A stretch of DNA of 64,000 nucleotides from Spirulina sp. (GTDB taxonomy: Bacteria > Cyanobacteriota > Cyanobacteriia > Phormidesmidales > Phormidesmidaceae). A program made the position numbers and the translations under genes. Positions within the stretch are counted from its first letter, which is position 1; the number at the start of each line of letters is the position of its first letter. Below the pieces are notes generated by a model that searched no databases, was not told the DNA's origin, and worked only from the letters and a program-made list of their open reading frames with translations. Below, in pieces: positions 10,271 to 18,398 of this stretch. The stretch is from NCBI GenBank assembly GCA_044070495.1, contig JBIPSI010000011.1:91856-155855 (forward strand). The letters run 5' to 3'.

Positions 10271-10500
10271 TAAGGGCACTGACCTAATACAGACCCCAGA
10301 GAAAACGCATCGTCTCAAGGTCAGGGTTGAGGCGTACCACAAAGTGCCCGTACGGCGGGCTGTGCTGTAGGGTACGGATTGTGGGGTAATGGGTTCGATA
10401 GGGTGAAGTGCGCCAGACAGGATGCAAGGAGAATCGTGATGCTGTGCTCAATTTTGATGGCGGGGGCAACGCTGTGACGCCCCCTTCCCTAGCCCCTTCC

Positions 10501-11907
10501 ATGCAGCAGCGGATGAACCGCGCCCTCCATTCGCCCTCCATCGAGTTTACGTTAATTGGGCTGATTCTGGTCTCGGTACTGCTGGTGTTCATCGAGGTGG
10601 GGTTGCCCTTTGATAGTGGGGGCCATCGTACAGCGGTGGGGCTTCAGCGCTGGCTAACGGGGATTTTTTGGCTAGAACTGGGCCTGCGCGGCTGGGCCGC
10701 TCGCCATAAACAACGCTTTTTCCGGCATTACTGGTGGGATATCCTGGCGGTGTTGCCCTTCCCTAGCCAATTTGTGGTGTTGCGGCTACTGCGACTACTG
10801 CGGCTGCTGCGGGCGGGAATTCTGTTGAACCGCAACCTAGGCCGTATTTACCCTGCCCTAGCCATTGGGTTGGGGGCGCAGATTGGCCTAGTTGCGATCC
10901 TAGGGGTGTTGCTGCTGGGGGGTGGCCTGGGCATCTACCTAGCCGAGGGGGCAACCAACGACGATATTGAAACCTTGCCCCAAGCCCTGTGGTGGAGCCT
11001 ATTTACCCTAGTCGCCGCCGAACCGATTGGGGCCGAACCCGTCACCCTAGGGGGGCGTATCCTCACGCTGATGGTGATGCTGGGCGGGCTGACCCTGTTT
11101 GCGGTGATTACCGGACTGGTGTCGGCGGTGATGGTACAACGACTGCGATCCACCATGGAGTATCGGACAATGGAACTGGATGAACTGAGAAACCATACCG
11201 TGATCTGCGGCTGGAACCGCAACGGACGACACATCGTAGAAGAACTGCTGTTTGACGGCGGTTTGCCGGACAGCCCAATTTTGATCATCGCTGAATTTGA
11301 GGAAACCCCAGAACGCGCCCTGCGCCACCTCAACCTGTCCCACATCTATTTCCACGTCGCCGACTACACCCGCATAGACGTGCTCAAGTCCATCAATATT
11401 GCCCAGGCCTCCCGCGCCATCTTGCTCGCCGATACCACCCGCCCCCGCAGCGACCAAGACATTGATGCCCGCACCGTCCTAGCGGCCCTCACCATCGAAA
11501 AAATTAACTCCGCCGTCTACACCTGCGCCCAACTGCTGGATCGTCGCAATGATGTGCAACTCAAAGCCGCTGGCGTGGATGACGTGATCGTAGCCGACGA
11601 AGTGACCAGCCACATGATCGCCACCTCCGCCCGCACCCAGGGGTCTGTGGAGGTGATGGCAGAACTGCTTACCGTGCAGGTGGGCAATCAGTTCTACAAA
11701 GTGCCCATTCCGCCCTCCTGGATCGATCTCTCCTTTTGGCAGGCGGTGGATCGCCTCAAACGCACCCACGATGCCCTGCTGGTTGCCGTAGAACTGAGCT
11801 ACCCCAAACGCCACACCCTGGTAAACCCCCCAGCGGGCTACCGCCTTGGCCCCAAAGATCAACTCATCGTCATTGCCCGCAAGTGCCCAGAAATTGTCGA
11901 TTATTAA
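10501..11907 (+). CDS. 6-TM cation (K+-type) channel with C-terminal RCK/TrkA-N domain
   Basis: S4-like LRLLRLLRLLR, pore helix ALWWSLFTL, HTVICGWN Rossmann motif, DARTVLAALTI; start uncertain (10408, 10474 or 10501). Confidence 0.85.
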   Translation: MQQRMNRALHSPSIEFTLIGLILVSVLLVFIEVGLPFDSGGHRTAVGLQRWLTGIFWLELGLRGWAARHKQRFFRHYWWDILAVLPFPSQFVVLRLLRLLRLLRAGILLNRNLGRIYPALAIGLGAQIGLVAILGVLLLGGGLGIYLAEGATNDDIETLPQALWWSLFTLVAAEPIGAEPVTLGGRILTLMVMLGGLTLFAVITGLVSAVMVQRLRSTMEYRTMELDELRNHTVICGWNRNGRHIVEELLFDGGLPDSPILIIAEFEETPERALRHLNLSHIYFHVADYTRIDVLKSINIAQASRAILLADTTRPRSDQDIDARTVLAALTIEKINSAVYTCAQLLDRRNDVQLKAAGVDDVIVADEVTSHMIATSARTQGSVEVMAELLTVQVGNQFYKVPIPPSWIDLSFWQAVDRLKRTHDALLVAVELSYPKRHTLVNPPAGYRLGPKDQLIVIARKCPEIVDY

Positions 11908-11999
11908 CCCAAGCCTGAGTTAATTCTTGTCTTTAGACATCGCTTTTGCATCGACATTGCCTATCTGGTGGAGCGGGGACTAAATTTAGAGCCGTGTCA

Positions 12000-12130
12000 G
12001 AGGACGTTTGAAAAGCCGAAGCTTGTCCCAAGTTATACCGATGAGGTCAGCCTCAGTCGTCAAAAATTCCGTAGATTTGCACCGATCTAGCGACCAATCG
12101 CACCTGAGGCAACCCTTTTCAAACGCCCTC
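12000..12130. mobile_element. 131-bp MITE with IS5/IS1031-like ends, nested in the ISAs1 transposase
   Basis: TIRs GAGGACGTTTGAAAAG / CTTTTCAAACGCCCTC (15/16), flanked by a TCA direct repeat; removing it restores the transposase frame (LEPC-QVDRK). Confidence 0.85.
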
Positions 12131-12758
12131 TCAGGTTGACCGCAAAACCAATGAAATCAAGGCTTTGCCAGAATTTATCAAGCACCTCGCCGTACAGGGG
12201 GTGGTCTTTGCCCTTAATGCCATGAGCACTCAAAAAAACCTGTCGCCTGATTGTCGAGAGTGGCCATCACTATCTAGGCGTATTGAAAGGGAATCAGGAC
12301 AACCTGCACAAGAGCGTTCAGGCCAATTTTGTGGCTGAGGAGAGGTATACCGAGGTTAGCAAGAAACACGGGCGGATTGAACATCGGGTGGTAAGTCTGT
12401 GCACAACCTTAGATCCCATCCCCGATTGGCCAGGTTTGCAGACGTTGATTCAAGTCGAGAGCGCACGTCGGTTTAAGCAGGGGGGACAACTTCGAGTCGA
12501 AACTGAAACGCGCTACTATGTAGCCTCGTTTCTCGAGGCGGCTGAAGCCTTTGCGCAACGCATTCGGGGCTACTGGGGCGTCGAGAATAAGGTTCATCAT
12601 GGTCGCGATGTCACTCAGAGAGAAGATGCTTCCCGCATTCGTATGTATTAGTTACCGCAAATCTTGCCGTTGCCCGTAACTTTGCCCTGAATTTGTATCG
12701 GTCGCATGACTTCGACAATATGGCTCAGGTAGAGCGATGTTGTCAGTATGGCCTAGAC

Positions 12759-12888
12759 CTGGTTGACTGACAAAACTTGCGAGAACCCAAATCCGCCAAA
12801 GGGTCAGGAGACCTGACCCCTACATTATCCAAATCCTGTAGGGGCGCGGTTTCCGCGTCCGGCGCAGGATCTTCTGTCAGTCAACCAG
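12759..12888. mobile_element. 130-bp MITE with 14-bp TIRs, 9-bp TSD and an internal REP pair
   Basis: CTGGTTGACTGACA / TGTCAGTCAACCAG; GGCCTAGAC duplicated at 12750-12758 and 12889-12897; removing it restores RCCQYGLDTLKRIFRMK. Confidence 0.9.
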
Positions 12889-12932
12889 GGCCTAGACACG
12901 CTCAAACGCATTTTTAGAATGAAATAGCCCTG

Positions 12933-13322
12933 CTTGAACAGGGACTTTTCAATGAAGAGATTGCGCCGGAGGAACTGACCCAGGTACGCATGGGAAAGAT
13001 CGTCCAAGACAAGTTTTCTGACCTAGAGCAGGAAGACTAGGAAGCGATTCGACCACACGCCATCGCCGCCCTTAACCTGGTGCAGCAGGGCAAAAAGATG
13101 GTGGGGGAGATGACGGGAACCTCTGTGGAGCGACAAGATCGGTTGGGGATACCTGTGCAACCCAAGGAATGGTTTTGCGTACCGTTAGGGGCCATCGAGG
13201 AGGCCATTGACAAGATCCAATCGGGTCATCTCCACCAGTTTTACTATGATCCAAAAACCGCCAGCCTTCAGCCCATCTCAGAACGCCCTAGGGTGTCTCC
13301 AACGGACGCCAATCGCCGCTGA
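12933..13322 (+). pseudogene. Fused remnants of a YeeB-like helicase and a YeeC-like (T5orf172/GIY-YIG) protein
   Basis: ELTQVRMGKIVQDKFSDLEQED*EAIRPHAIAALNL followed by DRLGIPVQPKEWFCVPLGAIEEAIDKIQSG..YYDP; recognised from memory of these families. Confidence 0.55.
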
Positions 13323-16300
13323 AGAAAAACGCGGCCCAGTGGTACGGGTGCTGATAGCGTCCTGTTTCTAGGGCGGCTAACTGCACCTGGCGCAGGGCTT
13401 CGCTGCGGCCTTCGCCAGCCTGCAAGCGCTCGTAGTATTGGGCCATGAAAGCAGCAGTACCGCGATCACTCACCTTCCACAGGCTCATCACCTGGCTTTC
13501 GGCCCCGGCCATACCAAAGGCCCGCCGCAGCCCATAGACACCCTCGCCGCTGGCCACATCGCCCAGGCCCGTTTCGCAGGCACTGAGCACCACCAGGCGG
13601 GTGCCACGCAAGTCCAGCCCCGCCACTTCCAGGGCCGTGAGTACCCCATCTTCGCCCTCGCTGTCCCGTTGGTTAAACCCTGCCAAGGCCAACCCCGACC
13701 TCAGCAATGGGTTTTCCGCCGCCGCAAGCTGGGCTGGAGCCTCCCCCGATGATGGGCTGGGCGCATCGGGCAAGAAAAAGCCGTGGGTAGCCAAATGCAG
13801 AATGCTCGGCCCACGCACCTGTTTTAGGGCATTTTCCGTCGCCGCTGCCTCGGTCAGCACCACGGTATTCTCTGGCAGCAGGGGCCGAATCGCCGCCACT
13901 TCTGCCTCACTGCCAAGCAGGGGGCCAAAGCGCAAATTCGCAAAATCCGCCGACCGTAACGCCCCCCGACTAGCCGATGCCACCAGGGAAATCCCCGCCG
14001 TATCCACCTGGTTAAAATCGGGATTAGCCACCACCACCGGGGGCTGGACAGTAGCCGCCTGTCGCTGAAGTCGCAGCAAATCTCGCCCACTGGTGAGTTG
14101 GGTGAGGGTGTAGGTTTCGATTAAATAACGGCCCTGGTCATCTACCAAGGCGGCAAAGGGCAGCAGATTAAGCTGACCATCGGGGGACAACAGCAGGTGG
14201 GTGGCGTCGCCCAGCCAGGGCCGTAGGGGGGCCAACACCAAGGACTCCACCGCCTGGGCCACGGGCTGAATATCTTCGGCATCATAGCAGGGGGTGGCGT
14301 TGGCTTCTCCGCAGCGCAGCACCTCCAAAAACTGCTGAAGGGCGCGATCTATCGTGGCGGCCTCGCCCAGGTCAGCCCACTGCATCTCCCCAGAGGGCTT
14401 CAGCAGGTAAGCGGCATAGCGAGGGGATCCAAACCCCCGACCCGTCACATCCCAAGGATGGTTATCGACCTCACTGCGCTGGAGATGCAGGGGATCGAAG
14501 GGACGATAGCGCACATATTCCACCAGCACCCCATCGGCGGGAATGCGGGCCTGAATATCCGCCAATTCTACAGGTGGAATCTCCGATGCTAGAGCCGCAC
14601 TACGACGGGCTAAGGTCACCTCAATAGCGTCTATTTGGCTGCGGAGGGTGCGCTGTTGGGCCTGGGCCTGGGGAGAGGTAGCCGTTTCACCAAAGGAAAT
14701 TGCCGCCAGTTGTTGCCGAAGCTGATCCAGTTCCGCCAACAGCCGTTGATCCTCTGGGTTGGGGTTGTTTTGCAGCAGTTCCAGGGTGTTCAGGCCCGCT
14801 TCCAAGACCCGCCCCTTACGACGCAGTAGGGTCGTGACCGCAAGCTGGGCCGCCGATGGATTATCGGGGGCCATTTTCAAATGCAAGGAAACCGCATGGC
14901 TGAGGGTGCTGGCGACGGAGTTGGCATAGCGCAGTCGTCCGGTCTCTCCCAGGTTGGCAAGGCTAAGATCAAACTGCTGCTGTTCTAGGGCAATACCCAA
15001 CCCTAGGGTTTCCACCGCCTCGGCAATACGACCCTGGGCCTGGTATAGCCCCGCCAGAGCATAAAAAAGAGGCACCCCCAAAAAAGGCACCCCATAACTC
15101 TGGAGATTCTCCCGATACATCCTGTCAGCAGCCGCCATGGCCCGCCGGTACAGTTGCTCGGCCTCATCATCACGACCCTGGCGTTGGGCATCTCTGGCCC
15201 GTTGCTCTAGGGTCATCGGGTGATTGATAGATTGACCCTCCAAATCCGTGTCGTCCCCCGTTATCCCCGGTGTGACGGTCATGCTTGCGAACGGATCTAC
15301 CCCGTCCCCCCTGCGACCCTGGGCGCGGTACGTCTCAGCGGCAAGATCCAAGTAGTACATTCGCTCCAAAGAATCCGTCAAGCCATTGGCCAGTTGCAGC
15401 GCTTCGGTAATTAGGGGTTCGGCTTCGTCATAGCGTTGTTGCTGTTGGTAAACCCTGGCCAACTGCAACAGTGAAGATACCAAGCTCCGCTGGGTCACAA
15501 ATCCATTGTTTACATCGTTCTGTCCTTGGGGCATCAGATTTTCCAGCACCGCCCGCTGCAAGGCCAAGCCTTCCTGGTAAAGAGCCACCGCTTGGGCAAA
15601 ATCCCCTCGCATCTCCGCCATCAATCCCACACTTTCCACCGCCTGGATCAAATCCAGATGATTGGGATTGGGCATGGCCCGCACCATGGCTAGGGCTTCG
15701 GCGTAGGTACCTTCGGCATCGGCCCAGCGTTCTTGCATCCCATAAACGGCACCTAAACCGAGCAGCGCATCCACGACTTCTGGCGAACTGTCCCCAAATT
15801 CTGCCCGCATCCTCGCGATTTCTGCTTCTGCGAACGGTAGTGACAGGGTAAACAAGCCATCTAAGGAGGTCTCTGGCCCGAAGGAAGGCATCGAGCTATG
15901 CATCCCCTGGTAGGTAAAGGCATTAGCCACGGGGCCACCGCTGGGCGTATCCCACCATAGGCGATAGCGCCCGGTGCGTTCTGGTGTGCGCGATCCCACC
16001 GTGACATGGTAGGCGTCGGTGGCGAGCAACGGCAGGGTGATCTGGGTGGCAGAACCGCTAGCCGCCGCCAGAAAGCCGCCCTCGGTGCTAAAGACTAGAA
16101 CCACCAAATCCTCAAAATCATCGCTGGTTACGGCCAGGTTCACCGTTTGGCCCACCACCCCCTCAAACCGATGGATATTGAGATAACCTCCGGTCAGCGG
16201 CAGGCGCGGCAATTCAGCCAAGGGCACATTCGATAAGACAGGTTCATAGAGATCAAGATAGCCCATTTGATCGGCCCGCAAACTGCGCTCATCCAACTGC

Positions 16301-16869
16301 CCTACCACGCTGTTGGGCAAGGTTTGGGGCAACCTCGCGATGGCATCCGGATTCATGGGAACGCCCCGACCCGCCTCGGACATCAGCAGTGCCAGGGTGT
16401 AGTAGGTGGTAGCGTCGTCGTGGCGCTCTAGCTGGCTAAGCACCTGGGCCACCTGCTTAAAGCCATTGGGAAGGTTGGGATTCTCCGACGGCAACACCTG
16501 CTCCAACACCCGCAGGGCCGCTTCGACCCGATCCAGGGCCGCTTCATAACGGCTTGCCCTAAACAGTTGCGTCGCCTCCTCGTACAGCCGTTCGGCATCA
16601 GCCAGGGTGGGCTGGGTCACCTGGGCCAGCCGCCATAACGGGGGCGCTTTAGGATCGGTTTGAGGATTTGTTTGAGGATCGGTCTGATAGGTTGCCTGAT
16701 GGGCCACCTGAGGAACAGGTTGAGAGCCAGGTTGAAGGGCTCCTTGGGAGACCGTTTGACGAGGCTGTCGATCCAGCGGCGCAAGCCCCAACGCCCAAGC
16801 TGGCCCTGAAGTCTGTCCCCCCAAAAGCCCAGTCAGCAGAAAAGCTGCGATGCCGTGCCGTCGTTTCAT
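13288..16869 (-). CDS. Secreted TPR-repeat protein with C-terminal CHAT (caspase-like) domain and a PPC-like beta domain
   Basis: Signal peptide, several TPRs, SPDGQLNLLPF, catalytic LHLATHG and VVLSACETG, HPYHWAAF. Confidence 0.92.
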   Translation of the reverse strand: MKRRHGIAAFLLTGLLGGQTSGPAWALGLAPLDRQPRQTVSQGALQPGSQPVPQVAHQATYQTDPQTNPQTDPKAPPLWRLAQVTQPTLADAERLYEEATQLFRASRYEAALDRVEAALRVLEQVLPSENPNLPNGFKQVAQVLSQLERHDDATTYYTLALLMSEAGRGVPMNPDAIARLPQTLPNSVVGQLDERSLRADQMGYLDLYEPVLSNVPLAELPRLPLTGGYLNIHRFEGVVGQTVNLAVTSDDFEDLVVLVFSTEGGFLAAASGSATQITLPLLATDAYHVTVGSRTPERTGRYRLWWDTPSGGPVANAFTYQGMHSSMPSFGPETSLDGLFTLSLPFAEAEIARMRAEFGDSSPEVVDALLGLGAVYGMQERWADAEGTYAEALAMVRAMPNPNHLDLIQAVESVGLMAEMRGDFAQAVALYQEGLALQRAVLENLMPQGQNDVNNGFVTQRSLVSSLLQLARVYQQQQRYDEAEPLITEALQLANGLTDSLERMYYLDLAAETYRAQGRRGDGVDPFASMTVTPGITGDDTDLEGQSINHPMTLEQRARDAQRQGRDDEAEQLYRRAMAAADRMYRENLQSYGVPFLGVPLFYALAGLYQAQGRIAEAVETLGLGIALEQQQFDLSLANLGETGRLRYANSVASTLSHAVSLHLKMAPDNPSAAQLAVTTLLRRKGRVLEAGLNTLELLQNNPNPEDQRLLAELDQLRQQLAAISFGETATSPQAQAQQRTLRSQIDAIEVTLARRSAALASEIPPVELADIQARIPADGVLVEYVRYRPFDPLHLQRSEVDNHPWDVTGRGFGSPRYAAYLLKPSGEMQWADLGEAATIDRALQQFLEVLRCGEANATPCYDAEDIQPVAQAVESLVLAPLRPWLGDATHLLLSPDGQLNLLPFAALVDDQGRYLIETYTLTQLTSGRDLLRLQRQAATVQPPVVVANPDFNQVDTAGISLVASASRGALRSADFANLRFGPLLGSEAEVAAIRPLLPENTVVLTEAAATENALKQVRGPSILHLATHGFFLPDAPSPSSGEAPAQLAAAENPLLRSGLALAGFNQRDSEGEDGVLTALEVAGLDLRGTRLVVLSACETGLGDVASGEGVYGLRRAFGMAGAESQVMSLWKVSDRGTAAFMAQYYERLQAGEGRSEALRQVQLAALETGRYQHPYHWAAFFFSGDWRPLETP

Positions 16870-17181
16870 AGGTTGCTATTTTGGTGATGGGTGGTGGTGT
16901 GCCTAGGATGATCCTAGTTCCCAACCCCAAGAGCCTATTCACCCCAGCGACTCTAGATCAACACCCTGGGATTCAATCGTTCGGCTAATTGCTCATCTGG
17001 GAGGCGTTGCGGGGGAAAGATGCCAAACCCAGCGTAAAGTTTTATGATGGGAGGGACTTAGCCAAGGATATCCCTATCATCCTTATCCCCGGTGTCCTAG
17101 GGGGTGGCTGTTGTCAGTGGTTCTGGTCTACCGCTAGAGTCCAAAGAGCAATGTTCGTTCTAGGAATCGCGAGGTGTCGCT

Positions 17182-17469
17182 GTGTCGGTTGAAACGATTG
17201 AAAAGAAGTCAACCTCAACCCTTCGTAAACCAGCTCCCCGCTATCGGGTTCTGCTTCACAACGACGAATTCAACTCCATGGAGTACGTTGTGGAATCCCT
17301 ATTAAAGGTGGTGCCTAGCCTCACCATGCCCCAAGCCGTAGACATTATGATGCAGGCCCACACAGCGGGGGTCGCTCTAGTGATTACCTGCGCCCTAGAA
17401 CACGCCGAATTTTATAGCGAAGGGCTATGCAACCTAGGGCTAACCAGCACCATTGAGCCGGATGAATAG
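17182..17469 (+). CDS. clpS: ATP-dependent Clp protease adaptor ClpS
   Basis: YRVLLHNDEFNSMEYVV, AVDIMMQAH, EHAEFY. Confidence 0.95.
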   Translation: MSVETIEKKSTSTLRKPAPRYRVLLHNDEFNSMEYVVESLLKVVPSLTMPQAVDIMMQAHTAGVALVITCALEHAEFYSEGLCNLGLTSTIEPDE

Positions 17470-17474
17470 GCCGG

Positions 17475-18356
17475 ATGAAGAGCTGGATGAATAAATGGCA
17501 AGTGGCCAAGTGGCCCGCCCTGATGCGGGTTTTTGTGTTTTTGGTACTAGCGGTAGCCCTGTGGTTTCCCGTGGCTTGGCCCTTCTATCGGCTGTCTAGC
17601 CAGGGCAGACTCCCCGGCGGCGATCTCATTCCCACCGCTATGCTTTATGGGGTGTTCTTGGCCCTACTACCCTTCTGGCAGCGGCGGGTGCATGGTTTGC
17701 GGCATCCTTGGCGGGCCATCGGGTTCACCGGGGTTCGTCGCCTGGGGTGGGGTTGGCTGGTGGGGTTGGGGCTGGGGGTTGTCAGCATTGTGGCCCTAGG
17801 GGTGATTCAGCTCGTGATGGGCTGGGCGGTGCCCAATGCCGAGGCCATCGCCAACGAACCCTGGATAGCCATTATTTTCGGTGGCGCACTCACGGCCCTA
17901 GCGGTGGGGTGGTCAGAGGAAGTCCTCTTTCGTGGCTGGCTGCTGGGGGAACTGGAACAGGGGTTATCGGCACCGATGGCGCTAGGGGTCAACAGTTTGC
18001 TGTTTGCGGTCGCCCACTTCATCAAACCCCTGGCGGTAATGCTGCAAATGCTGCCCCAGTTTCTGGGCCTGCTGCTGCTAGGCATGACCCTCGTTTGGGC
18101 GCGGCGGGTGGCCCTGCTACCCCATCCTCGCCAAGGCAGCCTGGGGCCTGCGGTAGGGCTGCACAGCGGCCTAGTGTGGATGTATTACGTGCTGAATGTG
18201 GGCCATCTCCTCCAGCCCACGGGTCGTGTTCCGGCCTGGGTAACGGGGCTGGATGGCAACCCCCTGGCCGGGATTTTGGGCATTACCTTGCTGCTGAGTC
18301 TTGCCCTGGGGTTCCGCCGCTGGATGGTTCAGTCCCAAGCCACCCGATACGAGTGA
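17475..18356 (+). CDS. CPBP family intramembrane glutamic endopeptidase (CAAX/Abi)
   Basis: EEVLFRG, FAVAH, GLHSG motifs; multiple TM helices. Confidence 0.9.
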   Translation: MKSWMNKWQVAKWPALMRVFVFLVLAVALWFPVAWPFYRLSSQGRLPGGDLIPTAMLYGVFLALLPFWQRRVHGLRHPWRAIGFTGVRRLGWGWLVGLGLGVVSIVALGVIQLVMGWAVPNAEAIANEPWIAIIFGGALTALAVGWSEEVLFRGWLLGELEQGLSAPMALGVNSLLFAVAHFIKPLAVMLQMLPQFLGLLLLGMTLVWARRVALLPHPRQGSLGPAVGLHSGLVWMYYVLNVGHLLQPTGRVPAWVTGLDGNPLAGILGITLLLSLALGFRRWMVQSQATRYE

Positions 18357-18398
18357 TCGGCCCTAGGCTTCGACGCCGCCTAGGGCAGCCCCCAGGGG

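Larger units (their letters stand above)
11960..12932 (+). mobile_element. Decayed ISAs1-family insertion sequence (5'-truncated transposase pseudogene)
   Basis: Reconstructed YLVERGL..VDRKTNEIKALP..TQK, LKGNQ, HGRIEHR, RGYWGVENKVH, EDASRIR, ..LKRIFRMK*; right end GAAATAGCCCTG (CAGGG-type terminus); contains frameshifts and a premature stop. Confidence 0.85.

Noticed and set aside
12283..12651. 122-aa ORF as a functional transposase
   Set aside because: Only an internal fragment of an ISAs1 transposase, bounded by a frameshift and a premature stop
13080..13322. 80-aa ORF as an intact gene
   Set aside because: Better explained as fused pseudogene fragments; the upstream in-frame similarity is interrupted by a stop
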